A stretch of 63,238 nt of DNA, counting the filler, from Octopus bimaculoides (taxonomy: Eukaryota): the NCBI RefSeq assembly GCF_001194135.2. It is 7 parts of 6 records of this genome, joined end to end, with 100 filler letters (N's around TTAATTAATTAA, not from the genome) between each part and the next. Parts side by side here need not be neighbours in the genome. Positions count along the whole stretch, not along the records: positions 1 to 29,296 come from NC_068982.1; 6 more parts are not named here. One strand, written 5' to 3'. The notes beneath the pieces are model-generated. The model saw only the letters and a program-made list of their open reading frames with translations, was not told where the DNA came from and did no database searches. Made by a program: the position numbers and the translations under genes. Position 1 is the stretch's first letter. Every line of letters begins with the position of its first letter. Shown one piece after another: positions 13,421 through 25,500 of the stretch.

Positions 13421-13843
13421 CAGTTACTAAAAATACAACAACCTACGGAATGATGACTAAGTGACTAAATGGCATCAACATCTTGTCTACTGCACCATGT
13501 ACAATATCCAATGCAAACAAATGATGTAGCTAATGCCAACAAAGTAACAACATCTTGTCTGCACCATGTGGACCTCCTAATAAAATAACTGATATCACTA
13601 TGATAGCAAAAACAACCATGTGACCTAAATTGACCAACAGACTAAATAACTTGAAGGAATTTTAAATTTCTTTTAAATTTTCTTCTTTTTGTCACTAGAC
13701 ATCTGAGGAGGTGGATGTGTTCTATGCACACTCTAAGTAATGTATATGTGTGTGTGTGTGTGTGTATATGCGTGTGTGCGCATGTGTTTATATATAGATA
13801 GATATACATTCATATACACATGTGTGGGTGTGGGTGAGTGTGC

Positions 13844-13910
<67 letters not shown>

Positions 13911-13926
13911 CATATACATACAGATA

Positions 13927-15201
13927 TCAGGTTGAATAAAAAGTAAGCAACGTTTTGAACCATGAAGAATTTGTACCAGATTTTTGCAGAGCTTTGAGTT
14001 TTTTTTTTTTTAACATTCTTTTGCAATTGTCTGATAATACACACATAGACTTGCCCAAATGCATTAATAAATTAACATTGTTATTTTTTTCACCATTGTT
14101 ACAATCATCTGAAACAGAACTATCAAAGTGCGATATTCAAGCAGTTTTGCTCTTCAACTTCAAAAAAGGACATAAAGCAGCTGAAACTGCTCATGACATC
14201 AACGAAAATTTGATGAGGAAATGATCAGTGAGTGGTCAACTCAACATGGTTTAAACAATTTCACAGTGGGGACCTGTGCCTTGAAGATCATGGACACCCA
14301 TCTGTCATCAATGACAGTCAATTAAAGATCATCATTGAGAAAGATCCACATAAAACCACTTGAGAACTGGCAAAAGAACTTCAAGTTAGCCAGAAAACTG
14401 CCTGCAAACATTTGCATGCAATTGGAAAATCAAAAAAGCTCAATAAATGGGTACCACACGATTTTAATGAAAATCAGAAAATGCACAGATATGAAATTTG
14501 TTCATCACTTCTTCTCCATAACCAGAGCAATCTATTTCTCAACTGCATTGTAACTTGTGATGGAAAGTGGATTCTGTACAATAATAAGAAATGTTCTTCA
14601 CAGTGGTTGGACCAAAATGAAGCACCAAAAACCTTCCCTAAATCCGAGTTCTTCAAAAAGAAGGTTATGGTGACTGTTTGGTGGTGTACTGCGGACTCAT
14701 TCACTATAACTTCTTAAAACCTGGAAAAACTATTACTGCAGAAACATATTGCCATGAAATTGCCAAAATGAATCAAAATCTGCTACTCTTCCATCCTAGA
14801 TTGGTCTACAGAATAGGGCCAATCATTCTTCATGATAGTGCTTGACCACACTTTTTACTAATGACACTCCAGGAGTTGAGGGAACTTGGCTATGAAGTTC
14901 TTCCCCACCCAGCTTATTCCCAAGGCCTTTTTCCTGCAACTACCCCTTTTTCAAGCACCTTGATGGTTTCCTGCAAGAGAAGGAGTTAAAAAATCAGATC
15001 AATGCTGAAAATGCATTCAAAGATTTCATCAGCTCCAGAACACCAAATTTTTATGTTACTGGAATAAACAAACTTGTAACTTGTTGGCAAAAATGTGTTG
15101 ATTGTAATGGTACTTACTTTGATGAATAAAATTTCCACATTGGTGAAATATATTGTGATGAATTTCCTGTTTCAAAACGTTGGTTACTTTTTACTGTCTG
15201 A
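13927..15201 (+). mobile_element. Full-length (1275 bp) defective mariner, Hsmar1/cecropia-like
   Basis: Left TIR tcaggttgaataaaaagtaagcaacgttttgaa matches the reverse complement of the right end (tcagacagtaaaaagtaaccaacgttttgaa), with TA on both sides. The broken transposase reads 'FNFKKGHKAAETAHDIN', 'KKLNKWVPHDF', 'IVTCDGKWILYNN', 'KKVMVTVWW', 'FLHDSA*PH' and 'WQKCVDCNGTYFDE*'. The catalytic DEKW is changed to DGKW. Confidence 0.95.
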
Positions 15202-15383
15202 TAGATAGATGTGTGTGTGTGTATGTGCGCACATGTGTATGTGTGTGCACTTGTGTTAATGATATATAAATTATTTCCTTTGTTTAGTATGATAATGTTT
15301 GTTTTTTTAATATTTTCGATTTTGATTTTATAAGTTGGGTGACTTCTTACAATGTTATCCTCAATGCTATTGTCATATTCCAG

Positions 15384-15487
15384 CTGACAGCACAGGAACA
15401 GAATCAAGATATGTCATCTACGAAGGCCATGAAATTATGTTTCACGTATCCACCTTACTTCCATACTCCCCAGACAACAGGCAGCAG
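15384..15487 (+). CDS. GARNL3: GARNL3-like RapGAP-domain gene, internal exon (104 nt)
   Basis: Boundaries tattccag| and CAG|gttcgt. Encodes [34 protein letters not shown], the Rap[11 protein letters not shown] motif. Phase 1 in, phase 0 out. Confidence 0.95.
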
Positions 15488-17536
15488 GTTCGTAACAATT
15501 ATTAAAATTGTTCATTACAAAATAGAATTTGTATTCTATAATGAGAATTTTTTTTCTGTTACTTTTGGTTATTGGTTTAAGTTAATAAAAGGAAACAACA
15601 GCATCTTTTTGTGTTAGTGTATGTAAGTCATTATTCAGTTTTATTTCAAGATTTCTTTCCAATAGAGAAAGGGCCAGTTTCTAACCTAGATCCAAAGCTC
15701 CTTCATTGGAATTTCAACAACATCAACAGAGTATTTTTCTATGTATGTATGTATGCATGTACGTATGTATGTATGTATGTACGTGTGTGTGCACGTGCAT
15801 GTGTGTGTGTTGAAGATAGGATTCAATACTGAATGGTAGAGTCAAATTCATTTTATATTTGGGTTGACTCTGACCTCAAATCTTGCCTCTTGAGGTTTTT
15901 TCAAACGAAATGTTTGAATAGGTGGTGTAATCATCATTCACGTCATTATCATCAGTGTGTGTGTACATGTGTGTGTGTGTGCATATATGTGTGTACATGC
16001 ATGTACATACACACACATGCACACACACACTAACACAAATACATGCATAGATGAATACATAATAAGACAGAAGATAAATATACAAAGACTCTTTGTAGTA
16101 GCCAAATACCCCAAAATCTCACTACACATTAGATAATCAACTCTGGAATATATTATGCCTAGAAGGGTAAAATACAGAATGATCAGTTACAAAACTTTTG
16201 ATAATAGTTGTACTTAATCAGGTCTAATTTGAGGCTAAGCAACAAAAGGGCTTCTTGCTTTGTATGGTGGATGAAGATGCATAGGAAATGCAAAGCTATA
16301 TGGTTGTAAAACAAGTACTAAATATAGAAATTCTGTTATGGTGGAAAGAAATAAAGTGCATATGATCCATTGAATGTATAACATTAATCTTCATAAAAGA
16401 CAGAACAAACAAGGTGATTAAATGGCTAAATAGTAAAGGCATCAACTTATGTATACAAGAGAGTTAGTTGTATTAATATGTGAAGGAAATTAAACAAGAT
16501 TGCCTCTAGGGATAACAATGATGTATTATATATATTTTTCCTTTGTGGACAACATAGCAACAAAAAGACCTCTTCCAATCTTTTTGGTAGAAAAATGCAA
16601 TAGTAATTACACAGCATATGGTTTGTGTATGAAGGTTAAAAGAGAACAAAATTCAGACATAGAATGTACAGGTTATAGTTTATATGATTGATCATGACAA
16701 AGTTTACATAAATGTGTTTGTAAATTTACATAGATATTTTCATGTTTTACAATGTCAATTAAATAATGTGTTGTATAAATAAGTATACATATATTTTTGT
16801 TTATTTTACAAAATCAGTTGCACAAAGTGTTGTAGAATGTCTTATAGAAAATATACATACATAGGTCTTTGTCTGTGAAGTCAATATGTTTACAAACAGC
16901 TACTTAATATCAGTAACGATAGACATAGATAATGCATGTGTTTTTCAACTGGTACATACAAACATTTCCAAAAGATACCTCATTCAGCATAACATGTATT
17001 GGCACAGCAAAAAGAGTTTTGTTTAAGTTTTGCATTGTGGATTCTTAGCATCTGCATGAAAAGATGCTGAAAAGCTGAACCACTAAACTTGTTTGGTGTA
17101 GAGCAAATTGAACCAAAATCCAGTCACATGATTTGTTTAAATAACTAAAAATGGCTCACAGACTACTAGAGTATGTTAGGCAAAAAAATTATGATTAGAT
17201 TATAAAAAAAAAAACTGTGAAATCATTATTCAGTGGTTGAACAGAGTCACTACATGTGAATAAAAAAAGTACATCTGAAGGAGTGATCAAATCAGATGTC
17301 AAGATACTGGGTGACTAAAGACATAGGTGATTGGTGATATTGTATACAGTAGACCTGTCTAACCCATACTTATCCAGAGAAACACATGTTGAAACAGTGA
17401 TGACAATGAAAAGCAATTGTACAGACACACCCACATACATTTATACAAACACATACTCACATACATACAATAAGGTTTATCTAAAATTAGAAAAATTGCC
17501 TTATTTCTCATATTTGTCTTTTCATTTACTTCACAG

Positions 17537-17648
17537 GTTGAGAGAAAACGACATATTGGTAATGACATTGTTAATATTGTTTATTTTGACTGTGATTTCG
17601 AAAAACCGCCCGTATTCAAGCCTAATATGATGAAGACTCATTTTACTC
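17537..17648 (+). CDS. GARNL3: GARNL3-like internal exon (112 nt) containing the catalytic KRHIGND motif
   Basis: Boundaries tcacag| and C|gtatcctttt. Encodes VERKRHIGNDIVNIVYFDCDFEKPPVFKPNMMKTHFT(H). 'QQVERKRHIGND' is the GARNL3-type form of the Asn-thumb motif. Confidence 0.95.
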
Positions 17649-18474
17649 GTATCCTTTTAATGCCATCTGTAATATTCATTAATTTAAAATTCATCATCAT
17701 CATCAAAATAATAAGAATAAATAGAAAGACAATTGCTTCTATATAGTACATAAGTTCACTGCAACTCATCTGAAGTTGGTACCAGCAAGGAATTTTTTTC
17801 CCATCATGTGTTTATTTGTCTGTTCATTGCCTACTCCATTTTAGTAAATTTAGCATGAAAAACAACAACTACTCCCCTTGAAAATCTCCCACCCAAAACA
17901 AGGCTCCAAAGACATTTGTTACACATCACTTTGTGTGGTCATGGCTATGCTAGATATAGCAACTAAATTGCCTTTGAATCACATCTGGTTAGCATTAGAA
18001 AAAAAGTAAAAGACATACTGTATTTTCCAACAAACAAGTGAACATAGTATATAGCGTAAACATTCAAACATTGACACTATCTTTTCAAATCCTTCTGCAT
18101 TTTACATGGAATTTTTGGTCCTTCCAAATTCATCAAGTCAACCAACATGTTTTGGCTGTAAATTTTAGTCAGAAGAATCCAACTTATATGTTAGAAAATA
18201 TGATAGAATATTGAGCAAAATGCCTTGTGGTATTTGTTCTGGCTCTTTATCTTTTTGAATTCCAATTCTGCTAAAATCAACTCTGCCCCCTAATCTTTTT
18301 GAGTGGTGGTGGGCAAGGTACAGTAATTGAAATACCTGCCAAAAACTGGATTGATATAATCAATTTTTCCCCTTTGCCATAAATTTCTGGCCTTTTACAT
18401 CACAACCAGAATGCTTTTGATTATAGTTCTGCACAATCAGAGCTTATTTAGGTTGGCCAACCATCAACAATAAC

Positions 18475-18800
18475 GGGGTAAAGATCCCCTTTTGTCATGA
18501 ATGACCATGGGATGACCTCGAAAGTTGCTCTCCGAGGCACAAGTCCAGGCAAGGTTGTTTATGGAAGACCAGAAGTCACCCATGCATACCAACTTTCCCT
18601 CTTCACGCTGCTGACGTTATCCAAGGGAAAGGCAAAGGCCAATACAGCATGGCACCAATAATGTCACAACTCATTTTTACCGCTGAATAAACTGAACAAT
18701 GTGAAATAAAATGTCTTGCTCAAGGACACAACACACAGCCTGGGTCAGGGAATTGAACTCACCACTTCATGATTGTGAGCCCAATGCCCTAACCACTGAT
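18475..18800 (-). mobile_element. tRNA-derived CORE-like SINE with a long 3' tail
   Basis: The reverse complement reads gatgcatggatcagtggttagggcattgggctcacaatcatgaagtggtgagttcaattccc...gtgtccttgagcaagacatt (tRNA head plus CORE). Confidence 0.75.
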
Positions 18801-18924
18801 CCATGCATCTTCACCAACAACAGCAACTAAAGAAAACAGACTTTCTATGACAAATTACTTTTGTTCTTAACACTTTAATTGGACCAGTGATGAAGCTTGT
18901 TAATTGAACTCTTTAGTATTTAAA

Positions 18925-19135
18925 TTAGTCATCATCATCAGCATTTAATGTTTGTTTTCCTTGCTGGCATAGGTTGGATGGCTTGACAGGAATCGGCAAG
19001 GCCAGGGGGATGCACCAAGTTCCATAGTCTGTTTTGGCTTGGTTTCTACAGCTGGATGCCCTTCCTAATGCCAACCACTTTACAGAGTGTAAAGAATGCT
19101 TTTTACATGGCACCAGCACCCACACCAATGCTGAC
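18925..19135 (-). mobile_element. SINE family D (RTE-type 3' tail ending in ATG repeats)
   Basis: The reverse complement ends ccatccaacctatgccagcaaggaaaacaaacattaaatgctgatgatgatga and contains gttggcattaggaagggcatccagctgtagaaa. Confidence 0.75.
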
Positions 19136-19347
19136 ACAGATATTCTCTCACTGGCTTTATGTTTAAACCAGCCAGATCTGGCCTCTCACATCTACCCTAC
19201 AATATCATTCTAAGCTATAAGACAATGCATGATTAATTCAAAACAATATGAATAAATAAACATTACATTTGACTGAGTAATCTGAATATTAAAGGGTTAA
19301 AATAACAGTTATTATTTTTGTATGTTTTCCTCAACTTTTGCTCTCAG

Positions 19348-19393
19348 ATATTTATGCAGTTGTAATGTACAACAAGGAGCAAGATGCATTTAA
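19348..19393 (+). CDS. GARNL3: GARNL3-like small internal exon (46 nt)
   Basis: Boundaries ctctcag| and AA|gtaatt. Encodes (H)IYAVVMYNKEQDAF(K), compared with HIFALVRYNQQNDNYR in vertebrate GARNL3 as recalled. Phases 1 and 2 fit both neighbouring exons. Confidence 0.9.
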
Positions 19394-19603
19394 GTAATTG
19401 AACAATATTCTTATATATTTCTTATATTTCTATATATACCTATATATTTCTATAAATTTCCATATATTCAAATAATTTTCTTCTTTCTTTTCTTTCCTTT
19501 TTGTATTAATAATTTTAATATTTGGTACCATTCTTTTGTCTCAGCTATTTTGCAGCACAAACTTCTATATTATGTGTATATAGGAACTTTATGCTTTAGA
19601 TTT

Positions 19604-19662
<59 letters not shown>

Positions 19663-19675
19663 CACGCACACACAC

Positions 19676-19822
19676 GAGGGTCAGCTGATTTCATAGGTTA
19701 CTCTCATGGAATGTGACCAAGTGAGGTTTACTTTTTAACATAGTCCCCCTTGCAGTCCACAACCTTCTTCCATTGTTGCAGTGCTTGAATCCCATCGGTG
19801 AAGAAGCCTTCATCTTGTTGGC
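19676..19822 (-). mobile_element. mariner 3'-end fragment
   Basis: The minus strand reads 'QQDEGFFTDGIQALQQ/WKKVVDCKGDYVKK*', the mariner transposase C-terminus. Confidence 0.7.
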
Positions 19823-20317
19823 ATATATGCATATATTTAAGTATTATTATCTGAGGATCTTTTCCTCATTGCCTTCCACTAAACTCAGAGTCCCTTCAAA
19901 AGGGACATAGGGTCTTTCTTGCCTCCCACCATTCTTGTAGCTCTTGGAAAAGATAATGGGAACTGCCCTGTCCTTTCTCTTCTAAAACATAACAAAAAAC
20001 GATCCCTGTTAGAATAGATACTAGAACTTCAATACCACAGTGTAAGTAGAGCTTTGCCACCCAGGGTGGTCTTTGTGTTTGCCACCACCATCACCTCCTA
20101 CAAAATAGCTCAATCCTTCCCCAACAAAATAAGATGCCATCTGAGGCAGTCTATCCTTCTTTGGCACCACTAGTGCTTTTACATTATATATGTGAATGTG
20201 AACTTTGCTAAAACTTTCTCTTCTACCAGTAAGAAAGATCTCCATACCACATATGTTTATTTTTAGTAACTTAATTTTGTAAATTAATCATAAATAACTT
20301 AATTCTTACATATATTA

Positions 20318-20393
<76 letters not shown>

Positions 20394-20524
20394 GCACTCG
20401 AATTATGTTTCTTGATTGTTATATATGTGATATGTTAATTACTAAACAATTCTTAATAATTAGGATAATTATCAAATTACTTCCAGCAGCATGTAATATG
20501 TTGTTTTCTTATTAATTATTGGCC

Positions 20525-21320
20525 TCTCAAGGGTAACAAACTGGCAGAATTGTTAGAGCTATGGGAAAAATGCTTTGCAGTATTTATTCTGACACTTTAT
20601 GTACTGAATTCAAACCCTGTCGAGGTCAACTTTGCCTTTCATCCTTCTGGTGTCAATAAAATAAAGTACCAGTTAAGTACTAGAGTCAGTGCAATCAACT
20701 AACCCCTTCCTCCAGATTTCTGGCCTTATGCATATGTTAAAACTGATTTATTATTGGTTTATCTTTAAACCAAAAATTTACAGTTTGTTAAATCCTCTCT
20801 GTTACATGGTAAAGTTAGAAATCACAGTTATTAATGGTTTTTAGATAAGGCCGCAAGCTGACAGAATCATTACTACATTTGGGTGAAACACTTAGTGACA
20901 TTTCTTCTGGCTCTTTCTGTTCTGAGTTCAAATTCCACCAAGGTCAACTTTGCCTTTCATTCTTTCAGAGTCAATTAACCCCAGTTGAGTGCTGGGGTTA
21001 ATGTAATTAACTTCTTCCTCTCTTCAAATTGATGGCTTATGCTAAAATTAGAAAGAATTAATGGTTATGAAATATTATTGCAATGTGTAAGAGATATCGA
21101 TGTGGCGAGCTAGCAGAATCATTAGCACACCAAGCAAAATGCTTAATGGTATTTCACCTGTCTTTGTGTTTTGAGTTCAAATTCTGCTGAGGTCAACTTT
21201 GCCCTTCATCCTTTCAGGGTTAATAAAATAAGAACCAGTTGAGCACTGAGGTTGGTTTAATTGACTTAGCCCTTCCCTACAAAACTACTGGTCTTGTACC
21301 AAAATTTGAAACCAATATGT
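20525..21320 (+). mobile_element. Array of three same-orientation SINE family B copies
   Basis: Copies at about 20525-20745, 20845-21060 and 21100-21320 each carry ctggcagaat..ttagc, tgagttcaaatt and ggtcaactttgcctttcatcc variants. Confidence 0.8.
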
Positions 21321-22447
21321 AAGAGATATAAATTTCTTTCATAAATTCAAGATTTAAAATTTATAGATGAAGGATCAGGGTAAATGAGATTGTGTCATGC
21401 TCGTACCTTACTTAATGAGAGATCCTCTACATGATTGTTTGATCTACAAAAAATAATATTCATATCTCCCTAAAATTCCAACACTTGTCTGTCTTATAAA
21501 AAAAAAGCACATTGGATAATGTTGTCCAAGGTTCACTACCCCTGAAGAAATGAAAGCATGATTATAATTTGAATGGCTTTTGATCATGAGTTTGTCCATT
21601 CCATGAGGGTTGATACATGGGGTTAAACATCAAATTTAGTATCCAGTGAAATTAAAACAATAAGAAATCAAACCCATATATTTATGTATCAATATATTTT
21701 TTTCATGTGAATGGAAGCCATTGATTTATAACTTACTCTTTTGCTGTGGAAATCAGATATATCCACTCAAAATTTCATTACACTTAACTGCAGAAATCAG
21801 TTTTATATACCAAGCTATCTTTTGTTGAGAAGGAATATTATTTTTGAAACTATTTCTTGTTGACATATGACAAGTTTATTGAAGCAACATGACTTGCAGA
21901 AAACACCATTTTTTTTTTTTTTCCTTTTTTGTAATAGATATTTAACACCATTATTGGAATAACCATTTAATCTCAAATTTAGGTCATCCTTAGAAAAGCA
22001 ATGGCCAAGTAGATAAGAGACAGAATTTTTTTCTTGCTGGCTATGAACAATGCACTAAATTCTTAATTGTTCTAGCTTCATAGAGAAGATGAACACATGT
22101 TATTGTCCAGCTCCAGAAAAGTTCTAATCAGACAGCCCTATAACATGCAGGTAGTTTGCCAAATGACTAAGCTTGGTGACCATTTCATTACTGTATTTCC
22201 CTTGAAATACACTGCCTTTGTTTCAATAAATTTTGAAGCTAAAGTCTGCTTGGATCAACTTTGCCTTTCATCCTTTCAGGATCAATAAAATAAGTACCAG
22301 TTGAGCGTTAGGGTCAGAATAATCAACTAACCTTGCTTCCTCCTAAAATTTCTGGTCTTGCGCCAAAATTTGAAACCATCATTATGCTAGTGTTTGGAAC
22401 ATAAGTCAATATGAAATGTTGATGGAAGGCCTTTATTTAGTTCATCT

Positions 22448-22739
22448 TAACCCTTCTGTTGCCAATATTTTTTTGAAATAAATAGCCTTTGCTTCAGTTA
22501 GTTTTAAAATAATGAAGAATTTAGTAAAATAGCTTTGTCATTTTTAAGTTGGTGTTTGCAGCATAAATTAACATGAAATTTTAATGAAAGATTTTAATTT
22601 AGATCACTTTAAAATAGAAAGTTTGTATTGTAGAACCAAGGGTGGTCTCAAGTGGGTTGGTATCAAAAGGGCCAAAGCAGGAAATTTGCTTTATAGAACC
22701 AAAGGTGGTCTCAGATGATTTGGTATCAAAAGGGTAAAA
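22448..22739. mobile_element. piggyBac-like MITE with a duplicated right subterminal segment
   Basis: Left end ttaacccttctgttgcc and right end ggtatcaaaagggtaaa. The segment tagaacca(a/g)ggtggtctca...ttggtatcaaaaggg occurs twice. Confidence 0.55.
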
Positions 22740-23391
22740 CCATTCCTTGGTCAAGCCTAGAGCCACACTACACCATCTGAACATGTGGTGTTGAATTACA
22801 TAGACTGCAGCATGACAGTGTAAACATGTGTTCAGAGGAGCACAAATTGTCAGCTGCTGCATCCTTAATGATCTGACAACTTTATGTTCTTTTTTAATAT
22901 TGTTGTTAATATACAAACAACATGGATATTGCCACTTGTCAGCAGAGGATGGGTATGGTATCATAAATATTCCGTTATTCAGTAATTTCAATTTATGAGT
23001 CATTAAAAACATTATTATAAAATCGTTTTGCTATGTTGGAACTTTATTACTTTTATTTCATTTTTGATGATTTAGAAGTCAATTAAAATACTAACACGTT
23101 TCCTCTCATAAACAAACTAAACAGGCAAATTTTAATTTGAAGGAATTCTAACTGCAGAAATGGTCCTGTGATTAATAAGTCCACTTTTGCAATCACATAG
23201 TTTCAGGCTCAATTCCATTGCATGACACCTTAAGCAAGTGTATTCTACTATTGTTCCAAACACTCTAAATCTTTGTTACTCAAATTGGTACATGGTAACT
23301 GTTTGGAAGATTGGTATGTGTGTGTCTGCATATACATACATATATATATATGTATGCATGTTTGTATATATGTATGTATATGTATATATAT

Positions 23392-23795
23392 GTAACTTTG
23401 CAAAAGTGCGAAAAATCTATTTTTTTCAAAGTTTTCTGCAATTTTCTTGGGAATCAGAGGCCCCAAGGCAGAGCCAAGATATTTATCTAAAATGTCGCAA
23501 CATGACGGTCCTTTTGACACCAAAATTATAAAAATTGGACGTTCCTGTAAAAACTTTTCTTGCATGCAACTCTTGCCATTTATTTTGCAAAAAGTGGGGA
23601 TCCCTTCAGTTTTATCGATTTTTCTCCTCGAATCAGGGTATCTCTAGGCAACGATAATGCAGCAGTGACCTGTCTGAGTAAATTTGCCATTTAATAAAAA
23701 AAATTTCATCAAAATCGGATGAAAAATGTGGAAATACATAAAAAGTATACGCATATACACACACACAGACATTTTGAGTTTTATAGATATAGATA
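23392..23795 (-). mobile_element. Non-autonomous Helitron-like repeat, 5' part
   Basis: The minus strand starts TCTATATCTATAAAACTCAAAATGTCTGTGTGTG...catccgattttgatgaaattt, the typical 5' organisation of non-autonomous Helitrons. No 3' hairpin-CTAG is seen. Confidence 0.45.
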
Positions 23796-24080
23796 AACTC
23801 TTTGGAAAGTGTTAACTATCATAACTGTGGTCAACAATGTTTTCAAATAGTTAATTATATTTTACTTTAGTTATGGCACTTTCTGATGGTATCATTAACT
23901 TTAGGCAATGTTACTGGCGCCCTTTATTTTGCAAAGGCCATTAAAAGTGATTGTTGATGTTAAATGTATTGTAAAATTGATTGGAAAATGGTTAGGAAAC
24001 AATAATAGAAAGAAAGGATTAAAATAGAAAGAGATTAAAACTTTCAACTATAAAAAATATATATTTCTTTTATTTTGTAG

Positions 24081-24187
24081 ACTTTCTGTATTCTCTGAAG
24101 AGTCTGTTCCATTATTTGGACCTGTATTACCTTCACCTCCCATTTTCACAAACCATAAAGAATTCCGTGACTTCCTTTTAGTTAAAT
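24081..24187 (+). CDS. GARNL3: GARNL3-like internal exon (107 nt)
   Basis: Boundaries ttttgtag| and T|gtaagt. Encodes LSVFSEESVPLFGPVLPSPPIFTNHKEFRDFLLVK. Confidence 0.95.
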
Positions 24188-24929
24188 GTAAGTATTCATT
24201 GTTTTTGGGGATTTTTTTTTTATTATTTCAAAATGAAGCTTCCTACATTATTATATTTTCATTCATATTTAATCTTTAAAAAAATATTCATAAATAGGTT
24301 TATTTCTATCACTTCATATACCAATATGTTCTATGAATATTCACCGTTAACAAAAAAAAGCCAGATATTTGAAAATAGAATACACAATAGTGCCCCACCA
24401 CCTCAATGAAATAAACAAACAGCTTTGCATCAAGGCAAATTATTCACTGCTCTAATAGCTCATTGTATCATAATAGAATCAGAGAGTTGCAAGGTAGAAT
24501 TAATGGTTCTGGTTTAAACCAGATTGTCTTCTTTTATCACCTCAGGTAAATTGCTCTTTATTCTCTGAATGGCAGTATCAACTTTGTGTCAATGGAATTC
24601 TCATTCTAAATTCTGTAACTGCATTACCAAATCAATGTGCTGGATTACAAGTGATTGGCAAAACAAGGCCAACAAATATTCTACCATCTAAAGGCAATTT
24701 ACGGTAGACATTAAAGTTGTTATTGCAAAATCATTGTTTTGTTGACTCTTTATAACTTTATTTCCTTTCTAATAATTTAGAAGTCAATAAAATTACTGTT
24801 GACCCACTTTCTTGAATTAACAAATAAATAAACGAAATAAACTTCAAAACATGATTTAATGTAGAGGATGTCTAAAGGTTGGAGACAAATGACACCAGCA
24901 TGCTCCACATAAACAACATGGTACAGATA

Positions 24930-25240
24930 AGTTCAGAGGTTAACTAGGTTGAAGAGGAATTAATTGTTGTTTATATGAGTGAAGATTGTATTGGTTTGGA
25001 CATGTGGATGCACATGGATGATAATAGATGGGTAAAGCGATGCCAGGAGATCCCAAGTGCAAAGAAAACTGCAGAAGAAGAAGAAGACTAAGGAAGATAT
25101 GGGTAGAAGTGGCGAAAGCTGATCTCAGGATGCTGAACCTTTCAAAAGAGATAACAAAGGGATGAAGCAAATGGCAAGACTCTGCACTGAGAATAATTTG
25201 TCCAGTCCATGCAAGTATGAAAAAGCAGACATGATGATGA
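24930..25240 (+). mobile_element. RTE-clade LINE 3' end (decayed)
   Basis: Translation with frameshifts gives 'RLYWFGHV-MHMDDNRWVKRCQEI...RRRRLRKIWVEVAKADLRMLNLSKEITK'. This is followed by the tail tccagtccatgcaagtatgaaaaagcagacatgatgatga. Confidence 0.8.
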
Positions 25241-25500
25241 CGGTGGTGGTGGTGGTGCTACCGTCGGTGATGGCGGCGGCAGCAGCAGTGGCATCGGCAG
25301 CAGTGGCTGCAGCAGCAGTGGTGGTGGCAGCACTGGCAGCGACAGCAGTGGTGGCGGCAGCAGTGGCGGTGGCAGCAGTGGCAGTGGCGGCGGTGGTGGT
25401 GGTGGTGGTGGTGGATGATGATGATGAAGATGATAGCAGCAGCAGTGGCGATGGTGACAACAGTGACAACAACAGCAACAATGGCAGTGATGAGGATTCT
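25241..25500. repeat. GC-rich compound trinucleotide repeat (GTG/GGC/GCA/GAT/ACA)
   Basis: Interspersed ggt, ggc, gca and gat triplets inside the GARNL3 intron, directly following the LINE ATG tail. Confidence 0.9.

Larger units (their letters stand above)
17649..19347 (+). other. U12-type (minor spliceosome) GT-AG intron
   Basis: 5' splice site GTATCCTTT. Branch point TTTTCCTCAAC at 19325-19335, 12 nt before the end of the terminal ctctcAG, with no long polypyrimidine tract. The flanking exons join in frame as THF-T-H-IYAVV. Confidence 0.9.
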
